NCBI GenBank assembly: GCA_040382515.1
Contig: JBEIFH010000025.1
Location: 1 to 15,257 of the forward strand
Reading direction: 5' to 3'
Length of the DNA stretch: 15,257 nt
From: Chlamydiia bacterium
Lineage (GTDB): Bacteria > Chlamydiota > Chlamydiia > Chlamydiales > RGXB01
Both the position numbers and the translations under genes were made by a program. Below, in pieces: positions 1 to 8,184 of this stretch. A model generated the notes under the pieces. The model did no database searches. It was not told the DNA's origin and saw only the letters and a list, made by a program, of their open reading frames with translations. Position 1 is the stretch's first letter, and every line of letters begins with the position of its first letter.

Positions 1-1
1 C

Positions 2-224
2 ACAACTGATGGAAGCATTTATCTCCCAGCAAACACCAACAGAGGTTCTGCAGGAATCGTTGGTAAGTTCGGTGTGCGATACAGCTTTTTTGAAAGTTTG
101 GTCCTTGATTTTTTCTTCGACGCTTCTTTTCAGCCTGTCGCTACGGAATATGGGGCTGCTATCGCAAAAAAAATATCAATCTAGGTGGGTACAAAGCGGG
201 CTTAGGAATCGAAACTTTTTTTGA
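2..224 (+). pseudogene. 3' fragment of a probable outer-membrane beta-barrel protein gene, frameshifted at two homopolymer runs (or sequencing errors); 5' end lies outside the window
   Basis: Frame 2 from base 2 reads TTDGSIYLPANTNRGSAGIVGKFGVRYSFFESLVLDFFFDASFQPVATEYGAAIAKK, with alternating hydrophobic/aromatic strands. Adding one A to A8 (166-173) continues NINLGGYKAGLGIET. Adding one T to T7 (216-222) ends FF-TGA(222-224), giving the terminal Phe typical of beta-barrels. Confidence 0.55.
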
Positions 225-788
225 GTTTCTTGAGATGTCTCAAATAAATGTATATTGTAGGACTTAAAAATTACAGTTCATTTCGATTTATCGAATATTA
301 GGGCTAGATTTTATTGAGTTAGATCAAAAAGGTCTTCTTCATAGAAATACCTGTACCTACATTTATTTTAGGGTTTGTAGAGGTGAAATTTATTTTACAG
401 TAAAATGGTTTAAAGGTTACCACAAGCTCATCAAGGTTTTTAGAAAAAAACTTCGTTGAGTTTAGATTGAAATGAAAAATAGGCAAAATTTTAAGGTTAA
501 AAATAAATCTTTACCAGTCATCGACTGCTATTAGTAACCCCTTTAAGTTCGCTTTAAAGCCTATTAACAAGCAGAATAATCGGTTAGACTAACAATCTCT
601 ATTTCGCTCTGTAATAGATCAAAAGAGCTAATAGATTTAGTATTTGATAAAAAAGGAAAAGGTTTAACAGTTAAAAAGTTTTGCTTGATTGTTGTCTCTA
701 AAAAAATTTTACTTGTATCATAAAGAAAAAAGATTTTGCTTCAATTACCCGCTGTCGGGTATTTTCAAAGAAAAGAAAAGGGCCAATC

Positions 789-1655
789 ATGGTGATCCGT
801 AACTTTTTTTTTATTGTTTTTTCGATTTCGCTCTTTGCTGACATTCGAACAATGGAGTCTTTCAAAGAGGTCGAATCCGAGCTACTTTCGCTCGAGGACG
901 ATGCACTGGTTGTATTTGATATAGACGAAGTTTTGATCACAGCCGTAGACCAGGCTCTTAAAACTCCTCATAAGGAGGTTTTTCGCGAGCTTGTATCCGA
1001 ATTTTTGCAAAGGGCTACTACCGAAGAGCAAAAAAAGATGCTGGAATATCGATTGAGCCTTACCTACCTCTATCCTAATAGAGTCCTGGTAGAAAAAATG
1101 GTAGTTTCGATCATTCATGCTTTGCAGCGAAAAGGGGCTTATGTAGTGGGTATTACCCGCTGCCGAAATGGGAGGTATGGGATCATTCCTCAAGTAGAGC
1201 AGTGGCGTAAGGAGATCCTTTGGAAAAATGGGATCGACTTTAGTCAAGGCCATTTTCAAAATATGCAAGCCATTCTGGATGATATTGAGCAGCCGTGCGG
1301 CGGTTTTCCTAAATTTGAACAGGGCCTTTTATTTGGTAGGGGAGTATCAAAAGATCTACTCATAGCCAGCCTTATCCATAAATGTCAGCTCCCTGTGAAA
1401 AAAATATATATCTTCGATGACATGAGAGCTCATCTCGAATCTCTAAAACATTTAGAACAATTCGAGGTGCACCCTGTGGAGTACACGGGGGCAAAAAAAT
1501 ATTTTAAACCCCTTTCAAAAAGACAAGCTAAGTGGCAATTGTATAAGCTTTTGGAGAAAGGGCAGTGGTTTGATGACCAGGATATCGAGGAGATGGGGTA
1601 TCTTAAAGGGCTTATTAATTATAGCATTCCCTCCTTTTTTGATTTTTTCTTTTGA
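789..1655 (+). CDS. DUF2608-like HAD-superfamily protein with signal peptide
   Basis: 288-aa ORF. Hydrophobic N-terminus ending SLFA-D; HAD motif I VVFDIDEVL, motif II-like VGITR, motif IV IFDD. This pattern is typical of DUF2608 proteins of chlamydiae and other amoeba-associated bacteria. Confidence 0.75.
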   Translation: MVIRNFFFIVFSISLFADIRTMESFKEVESELLSLEDDALVVFDIDEVLITAVDQALKTPHKEVFRELVSEFLQRATTEEQKKMLEYRLSLTYLYPNRVLVEKMVVSIIHALQRKGAYVVGITRCRNGRYGIIPQVEQWRKEILWKNGIDFSQGHFQNMQAILDDIEQPCGGFPKFEQGLLFGRGVSKDLLIASLIHKCQLPVKKIYIFDDMRAHLESLKHLEQFEVHPVEYTGAKKYFKPLSKRQAKWQLYKLLEKGQWFDDQDIEEMGYLKGLINYSIPSFFDFFF

Positions 1656-1661
1656 CCATTC

Positions 1662-2225
1662 CTAAGCTCTAAGCTTTCGAATCAAAAGAACACTAGGACA
1701 ATCTTTTCTATTGATCCAATGCGTCCATGTAGCAACATAGAAGTGAGGGTCGAGACCTTTACAAAGCTCCTCTAAAGCCTCTATTTCTTTTTTTCCCTCT
1801 AAATGCCCCTTGTAGCAGGTGATAGAAATCCCACCCCCCCTCCTCAAAAGGTGTAAAGCTTTTTGTACACTTTCGATGGTCGATGTGGTCATGGTTGTCA
1901 CCCCCTTGTCCCCGTTGGGCAGATACCCTAAATTATAAACAAAAAGGGCTACATTCGTTATCTCAGGATACCGGTCAAAGGTTGCATGGGAATCTAGTAT
2001 CCAACGGATATTGAAAGATTCCGGAATCTTTTTTTTAGCCTCTCTAATGGCCTCCTCCTGGATATCAAAACCGATCAATCCCCCTTTTAGAGGGTGGAGG
2101 ATTTCATATAAAGCAGCAGTATCATAACCGTTTCCTACGGTTGCATCGATTGCAAGATCCCCCTCGATCAGAATTTCTTTGAAAAATAGTTTGGTCAACC
2201 CATGTACTTGCTGTAAAGAAGACAT
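1662..2225 (-). CDS. Class I SAM-dependent methyltransferase, YtqB/MnmM-like ('putative rRNA methylase' family; probable tRNA U34 mnm5(s2)U methyltransferase)
   Basis: 187 aa with IDATVGNGYDT, GFDIQEEAI, LDSHA, YNLGYLPNGDK..TT...ST and CYKGHLEGKKE, the signature blocks of the YtqB/MnmM family. Confidence 0.85.
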   Translation of the reverse strand: MSSLQQVHGLTKLFFKEILIEGDLAIDATVGNGYDTAALYEILHPLKGGLIGFDIQEEAIREAKKKIPESFNIRWILDSHATFDRYPEITNVALFVYNLGYLPNGDKGVTTMTTSTIESVQKALHLLRRGGGISITCYKGHLEGKKEIEALEELCKGLDPHFYVATWTHWINRKDCPSVLLIRKLRA

Positions 2226-2238
2226 CAGACTAGAAATA

Positions 2239-4482
2239 CTACCTGTTTGTCATACCCAAACGCAACCGGTAACATCTAAGAAACAAGATGGTGAGAATTC
2301 GAAAAGGATTGTATGTATCCGCACAAGAGTTTTCAGTATCTGTGGGTACAGACCTGATCTGATCCATCGTCACAGGGGCTCTGGTAAGGGGGGAGCTACC
2401 TTTTTCCGCTATCCAGCGAGTGAGCGCAGCCCGATCATAAATTTCTTTTTCGACTCTTCCGCCCCCTAAGTCGATCTGCACAGGATGAACAGGTGGAAGT
2501 AAAGTGATGGGACAACACTCTTTTTGTTCTAGATCATCTCGCATTATCTCTTGGGTTTTTCTGCTGATGAGCTCCTCGATTTCAATAAGCCTGCTTTCAA
2601 TAGCGGGAAACGGATAAATACCTCTAAAACTATCCAGGGAATTACGCAACGACTGTAAAGATTCCAGTTCCATCGCAGATTTTTTTAGGTCAAATCTTTG
2701 GAAAAATGCATGGAGATATTCGTCCACTACACAGAGTTGGTCAGGGTGGAGAAATGAAAGGATCTGTTTCACCTCTTCCAGCTCTTCACCGGCGATAAGA
2801 TTGTAGAGTTCGTTTTCTTTTAAAAGGGGAAAAAGGGCCCGCTTTTTTTCCGTTTGCAGATGCATCGCCATACCGACTATGTAGTTTCTTAAGACCGGTC
2901 TAGCCATCCCGTAAAAGAAAAAATCAGTAGGGATCCAATGGAGATGCTCTGCCATTTGCGGTCGAAAAATAGCCGGTTTATTTTTATTTGGGAAAAATAC
3001 CGAGAAGTAAAAAGTCGTCAGATAATCGTTAAAAGTCGGATTTCCGAAGGCTAGATTGAAAAGGGACTGGGTGTTTGTGTCTAAACGCCGATCTGTCGCG
3101 ATAAGGGCAATTTTTGGTCCAATACAGAGATAGCATTCTCTTAACTTAACCGGGGGTAAAATAGACAAGGTAGTCAAGTTGATCTCAAAATAAAGGGAAA
3201 AAATTTGTTCGGCAGGCACAGGCAGATCCCCGAGTTGTATAAACCTGCTCCTTTCCATAGCCCATTTTGCAAATGGAGGGGATTCTAAAAAGGGTGTTTT
3301 CAAAGTCCGCTGACATTGTTGCAAAGTGTAATGCTCGCCTGATAGAAACACTAGATCTTCCAACTCCACCTTGAGAAATGGGAAATAATGGTGACAGAGG
3401 TCTGTTGGGATTATTTTATGAAACAAAAGGCTGGCCAATAAAGTGATTCCGTGGGGGGTAAGAGAGCAAAGATGATCTAAAGCGGTATTTTCTGAAGCTA
3501 ACCTATGGAATAGCTTTATTGCAAAGTTGTTCAAGATGCTCTGATTTTGTGGGTAAAGCTTTTGAATGGCTCGTAAAAAATTTTTAGCCTTCAAAATAGC
3601 TACAACAAAAGGGATTTCAAGCTCGCCTATGAAGGTGGTCTGTTGTGCTGGGGTCCAGCTGTTTTCCGTTCCGCAAATAGCCTGCCGACCCCGGACTGTA
3701 GTATTAAGAAATTGAAGGATTTTGGCTAGAGAGGGTTCAAATGGATCGACATAGTAGCGCTCTACCAAATCAAGCTCGCCAAGGGTAAAAGGGTCTTTAT
3801 CGTCGATTATTGTCTCAAAGAAACCGATAAGCAGAGCCTCTTTATGGGTTAAAAAAATCTCCTCGGCGATTTTTTTTCCGATTTGGGTTCTGCACAATTC
3901 TGCAATTAAAAGGAGGCCGTTTTTGATGCCGGAAGGGGTGAAGAGAAAATCCCAGCTCAATATCTTTTTCGTCTGCAAGCACGAGATTGTGCGCGTCGGA
4001 TTTTCTAAAAGGGAAAAGCTTAGAATTTTTGTGAAAAGAAATGGGGGAATGAGGCGGATGCATTCCGGATTTTGATTTTGTAAAAGCTTATAAAAAAGAT
4101 CGTTTTCATAAAGTGTCAAAAAAAGTTCGAGCGTTTCAGCGCTTGTATTCCTAAGGATAGTTTTAATCAAAAGGGGGTTTTCAAAATTAGACAAAAGATG
4201 AAAAAATTCTAGGGAGTTTTTGGAAGAATCCAAGGATAGAAGGCTGTTTTTCAAAAATTGCGGGTAGCTCAACACAGTAGTTTGAACCTTTTGCATCTTT
4301 TCCTGGGCCGTCAGGGGGTAGTGAAGTATTTTTTCTACTCTTGCTATCAGGTTTCCTGCCGATGAGGGACAAACGCTAGGTAGATTAGATTGAAAGATTT
4401 TCAAAATCTGATCCACCGGCTGGTCATAAAATTCTGGAACCAAAATATGGTGTGCTAAACAAGATTTTTGAGTAAGATGCAT
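2239..4482 (-). CDS. Large hypothetical protein with C-terminal U-box domain (candidate E3 ubiquitin ligase effector)
   Basis: 747-aa ORF. Residues ~655-713 (nt 2520-2344) read ECCPITLLPPVHPVQI...EIYDRAALTRWIAEKGSSPLTRAPVTMDQIRSVP, matching the U-box consensus CPIT..(D/H)PV...YDR.AI..W.....SPLTR..L. A helical/coiled-coil segment precedes it. Confidence 0.8.
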   Translation of the reverse strand: MHLTQKSCLAHHILVPEFYDQPVDQILKIFQSNLPSVCPSSAGNLIARVEKILHYPLTAQEKMQKVQTTVLSYPQFLKNSLLSLDSSKNSLEFFHLLSNFENPLLIKTILRNTSAETLELFLTLYENDLFYKLLQNQNPECIRLIPPFLFTKILSFSLLENPTRTISCLQTKKILSWDFLFTPSGIKNGLLLIAELCRTQIGKKIAEEIFLTHKEALLIGFFETIIDDKDPFTLGELDLVERYYVDPFEPSLAKILQFLNTTVRGRQAICGTENSWTPAQQTTFIGELEIPFVVAILKAKNFLRAIQKLYPQNQSILNNFAIKLFHRLASENTALDHLCSLTPHGITLLASLLFHKIIPTDLCHHYFPFLKVELEDLVFLSGEHYTLQQCQRTLKTPFLESPPFAKWAMERSRFIQLGDLPVPAEQIFSLYFEINLTTLSILPPVKLRECYLCIGPKIALIATDRRLDTNTQSLFNLAFGNPTFNDYLTTFYFSVFFPNKNKPAIFRPQMAEHLHWIPTDFFFYGMARPVLRNYIVGMAMHLQTEKKRALFPLLKENELYNLIAGEELEEVKQILSFLHPDQLCVVDEYLHAFFQRFDLKKSAMELESLQSLRNSLDSFRGIYPFPAIESRLIEIEELISRKTQEIMRDDLEQKECCPITLLPPVHPVQIDLGGGRVEKEIYDRAALTRWIAEKGSSPLTRAPVTMDQIRSVPTDTENSCADTYNPFRILTILFLRCYRLRLGMTNR

Positions 4483-4505
4483 ACGAAATTGGATGTTTGC
4501 AATTT

Positions 4506-5525
4506 ATGGATTTTTTGTCGATTTTTTTTGTCAGCTTAATTTTTATTTTACTCGGAATAATATCTTTCCTTATTTTTGATAAAAAAAACGGGGCCCCGCA
4601 AATGGTAAAACCGCTTGAGGATCGGCTCAAGGAGTTGGATGAGCAAATCAGACTGATGGATAGATATCGTACTATAGAATCTACCCGTTTGAATGAGGAG
4701 CTGAAAAGGCTCCACACTTCCGACCAGATTCTCTTAAAGGAGACAAAAACGGTCTTGCAAGCGCTCAAAAAACCGGACGTGCGCGGCTTTTGGGGAGAGG
4801 TGCAGCTTAAAAAGCTGATGGAGGCTTCGGGTATGTTGCCCCATACCGATTTTTCCGAGCAGCAGTCGATCGAGACCGAAACCGGATCCTTACGCCCCGA
4901 TATCATTGTGAAGCTTCCGCAAAAAAAACATGTTGTAATCGATGTCAAGACACCGATGGAAGCCTACCTTGAGGCGATGGAAACCGAAGATCCTGAAATC
5001 TATGCTGAAAAAATGACCGTGCACGTCCGCCGTATTAAAGAGCATATCGATGATCTGAAAAGGAAAAAGTATGCCAAGCTGGTAGAGGGATTTGAATTTG
5101 TCCTTTTGTATCTTCCTACGGAGGGGCTGTTTTCAGACGCTTTAAAAATCGATCCATCCCTTTTGGAATACGGCATGCGCCAGGATGTGCTGATTGTGAC
5201 ACCAACCTCGCTGATAGCTTTATTGAAAACAATTGCTTTGTCATGGAAGGAGGATCGGTTAAGGGAAAACCTTGAGCAAGTCCGTCTTTTAGGACAAGAG
5301 TTGCATAAGCGGATAGTCGACGCTACTACACATATACAGTCGATGTCTAAATCTTTGAACCAGACGGTTGAGGCTCACAATAAATTTATCGGCTCACTTG
5401 AAAGAAGGGTATTGGTAACAGCTAGGAAATTTGAAGAGATGGGCGCTGCGAGCGTAGGGAGCACGATTCGCACACTGGAGGAATTGGAGATCCTTGCAAA
5501 AGAACCGGTGCAAGATTCCAAATAG
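4506..5525 (+). CDS. rmuC: DNA recombination protein RmuC
   Basis: N-terminal TM helix and coiled coil, then RGFWGEVQL, LRPDIIVKLP, VVIDVKTP, LLYLPTEGLF, IVTPTSLIALLKTI..SW. The in-frame ATG at 4506 is preferred over TTG at 4497. Confidence 0.93.
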   Translation: MDFLSIFFVSLIFILLGIISFLIFDKKNGAPQMVKPLEDRLKELDEQIRLMDRYRTIESTRLNEELKRLHTSDQILLKETKTVLQALKKPDVRGFWGEVQLKKLMEASGMLPHTDFSEQQSIETETGSLRPDIIVKLPQKKHVVIDVKTPMEAYLEAMETEDPEIYAEKMTVHVRRIKEHIDDLKRKKYAKLVEGFEFVLLYLPTEGLFSDALKIDPSLLEYGMRQDVLIVTPTSLIALLKTIALSWKEDRLRENLEQVRLLGQELHKRIVDATTHIQSMSKSLNQTVEAHNKFIGSLERRVLVTARKFEEMGAASVGSTIRTLEELEILAKEPVQDSK

Positions 5526-5611
5526 CGCCAGATTTTTTTTAAAAAATCAAAACAATTGACCAAAGCACTGTTTTTTGAGAACATTAACCCCCCTTAGGAG
5601 AGGTTCTTTCG

Positions 5612-8182
5612 ATGCTTGAGACTTTGTCACCCCAAAAATATCCTAAATTACTCGCCCCGGCCGGTTCAAAAGAGGCTTTTAAAGTAGCCCTGCTCATGGG
5701 TGCGGATGAAATTTTTTTGGGCCTTAAACAATTCAACGCCAGAAAAAGGGCGGAGAATTTTTCACTCGAGGAATTAGAAGAGCTTGTCCCTTTGGCAAGC
5801 CAATATGGCTGTAAAATTCTAGTAACCGTCAATATTGTTATTCAGCAAAAAGAGCTCGATGCTTTAGTCCCATTTCTGGATAGGCTTGAAAAAATCGGAA
5901 TTGGGGCAGTGATTGTTCAGGACTTAGGTGTAGCCCGGCTCATTCAAAAAAATTTCCCCAATTTAAGAATGCATGCGAGTACTCAACTGGCTATTCATAA
6001 TCACCACGGTGTGGAGGAGGCAATCCGGCTAGGTTTCAAACGTGTTGTTTTGGCTCGCGAGATGACTTTGCAAGAGATCAGAAAAATCCGCTCTGTTTAT
6101 AGTTCCGATGTGATTGAACTGGAGACCTTCTGCCACGGGAGTTTATGTTACAGCTATAGCGGACTCTGTTTTTTTTCCGGCGCTGAGGGGGGGAGGAGCG
6201 GTAATCGGGGAGAGTGCGCCTATACATGCCGTAAACCCTATAAGATACTGTCCGAGCCCGGTCATGGGTTTCTTTTTAGCATGAAAGACCTTGATACGGT
6301 TGAAATGCTCGACGAGTTTGTGAAAGCCGGAGTTGACAGCCTCAAGATAGAAGGGAGAAAAAAAGATGCCCAGTATGTAGCTACAACTGTCAAACGTTAT
6401 AGGGAGGCGCTGGATCGGCTTCAAGGAAAAAAAGAAACTGCCGGGAAACGGTTCAAGGGGGCCGCTGCTCTTTTTGATATTCTTGATGAGGGGAGGTTTT
6501 TTAGCTACCAGAGGAGCCCAACGACACTTTTTTTTAAAAACCGGTACGAAGAGAATGTGATCGATCTCAATAGCCCTACCCACCAGGGGGTGGAGTTAGG
6601 GGAGGTAAAAAGGGTAGAAAAAAGAAAGATCTATTTCGATTCTCTTCTTTCTTTAGAAGCCCATGACGGGGTGAGGATTGAATCGAAAAATCCCCTGTAT
6701 CATGCTCGCCCTCAGCATGGGGAACAGATGCTATCCAATACGATGGGATTGATGAATCGCTATGAAAACAAAGAGATATCGTTTTCGGTGGAGGAAATTT
6801 TTGTAGGTGACAAACGCCTTTTTTCCCATCCGGGAAAGCGGGAGCTAGGGCTTATGCTCCCTAAAGGCTCCTATATGCCTTCCGTCGGGGATAAAATTTT
6901 CAAGACCCGATCGAACGCCCTTAAAAGAGCAGTAGATCAATTGTTAGGGGAACCTTTAAAAAAAGTAGTATCTCGAGAAACGCTGAATCTTGAGGTGAAT
7001 TGGGACGAAAAAACCGGAACGTTTCTCTTCAAGGTAAGTAAAGGGGCTAAGGAGTTGTTTCAGCTTGTAAAAGAATGCACCCTTATGCCAAGTCCTTCTG
7101 AAGAGGGGCTTAGACAATCTTTTATCGATGTGTTCCAACTTCTAGGGGAGATCAAAACCTCTTTAGAGATGAAGGTGCTACAGATTCCGCCATTTACGTT
7201 TGTTGCTAAAAGTGTACTGAAAGAATGGAAACGGGAATTGGTCGAGGCGGTGAGGGGAATCGAGTCTTTGTATCAACCTTTGCAGTTCAAAGATGTACCT
7301 AAAGATAGCGCTGGCCTCGTCGGGGAGCTAAACCATCCTCAACCGAGATGGATTATAAAGATTGATAGGGAAGAGCTGTCCCCATTTTTGGATTTAGAGG
7401 GGGAAATGCTGCCTGACGAGGTGATATTTGAACCAAAAAAAGCGTTTTTGGAGAAAAGTGGACCTGCTCTTTTAGAACACCTCGTAGAGTCTGCTAGAAC
7501 CAAAAATATTCTATTGCGTGTAGCTTTGCCATTGATCTTACGTTCTTGGGATGAGCCCTATATCCGGTCTATGATACGCTATGCTTTAGACCTTGGTGTG
7601 CGTCATTTTGAATGTCCAAACATAGGTGCTTTGAGTTTCTTGAACAAGGAGGCCTGTGGTATTGCTCTCGATATTTCGGCCGATTTTGCCCTCTATGCAT
7701 TGAATGCACAAGCCATCACGCAACTAAAAGAAATGGGTTTTTCGCAGGCTACGTTTTCAATAGAAGATGATAAGGAGAATATTTTTGAACTCCTCAATCA
7801 AGGGGTCCAACCTTTTATGAAGATGATCCTCTACAAAGACATCCCCCTTTTCATCGCCGAAAGCTGCTCTTTGACCGCTTTACATGGCGGTTGCCCCACT
7901 TCAAAGGTGTGTGGGTACAGGACACTAGAAATTGAGGGTGAGGATAAGGAGAGATACGAAGTGCATCATGAGCTCTGTAAATCGGTTGTTTTATCCAAAA
8001 AGCCCTTCTCGCTTGTCCCCCATTTAAATCAGCTGCTGAAACGGGGGGTGAAAGCCTTTCAATTCGATTTCTTAACGAAACGGTATTCTTTTGCCGAGGC
8101 GTTTGAAATCTTTAAAAATGGGAAAAAAGGTATTTCGGTGAATGAGTGTACTGATTCGAATTTTATGAAAAAACTTCTCTAA
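5612..8182 (+). CDS. Long-form peptidase U32 family Fe-S protein, RlhA-like (probable O2-independent RNA hydroxylase)
   Basis: 856 aa. LLAPAGS, GADEIFLG...FNAR, HASTQ, RVVLARE, ELETFCHGSLCYSYSGLC-X15-C-X3-C (C179/186/202/206), SLKIEGR. RBS AGGAGAGG at 5596-5603. Confidence 0.9.
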   Translation: MLETLSPQKYPKLLAPAGSKEAFKVALLMGADEIFLGLKQFNARKRAENFSLEELEELVPLASQYGCKILVTVNIVIQQKELDALVPFLDRLEKIGIGAVIVQDLGVARLIQKNFPNLRMHASTQLAIHNHHGVEEAIRLGFKRVVLAREMTLQEIRKIRSVYSSDVIELETFCHGSLCYSYSGLCFFSGAEGGRSGNRGECAYTCRKPYKILSEPGHGFLFSMKDLDTVEMLDEFVKAGVDSLKIEGRKKDAQYVATTVKRYREALDRLQGKKETAGKRFKGAAALFDILDEGRFFSYQRSPTTLFFKNRYEENVIDLNSPTHQGVELGEVKRVEKRKIYFDSLLSLEAHDGVRIESKNPLYHARPQHGEQMLSNTMGLMNRYENKEISFSVEEIFVGDKRLFSHPGKRELGLMLPKGSYMPSVGDKIFKTRSNALKRAVDQLLGEPLKKVVSRETLNLEVNWDEKTGTFLFKVSKGAKELFQLVKECTLMPSPSEEGLRQSFIDVFQLLGEIKTSLEMKVLQIPPFTFVAKSVLKEWKRELVEAVRGIESLYQPLQFKDVPKDSAGLVGELNHPQPRWIIKIDREELSPFLDLEGEMLPDEVIFEPKKAFLEKSGPALLEHLVESARTKNILLRVALPLILRSWDEPYIRSMIRYALDLGVRHFECPNIGALSFLNKEACGIALDISADFALYALNAQAITQLKEMGFSQATFSIEDDKENIFELLNQGVQPFMKMILYKDIPLFIAESCSLTALHGGCPTSKVCGYRTLEIEGEDKERYEVHHELCKSVVLSKKPFSLVPHLNQLLKRGVKAFQFDFLTKRYSFAEAFEIFKNGKKGISVNECTDSNFMKKLL

Positions 8183-8184
8183 AT

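Noticed and set aside
9..224. 71-aa ORF from the track as a real gene
   Set aside because: It has no RBS or recognisable features, and the overlapping frames give a more coherent beta-barrel-like C-terminus.
5586..5605. Hairpin sequestering the U32 ribosome-binding site (AACCCCCCTTAGGAGAGGTT)
   Set aside because: Only a 4-bp perfect stem plus mismatched pairs, too weak to call a regulatory structure.
5612..8182. Calling the U32 protein a collagenase or protease
   Set aside because: That is a legacy family name. The conserved Glu/Cys Fe-S motif matches the hydroxylase function established for RlhA, TrhP and UbiUV.
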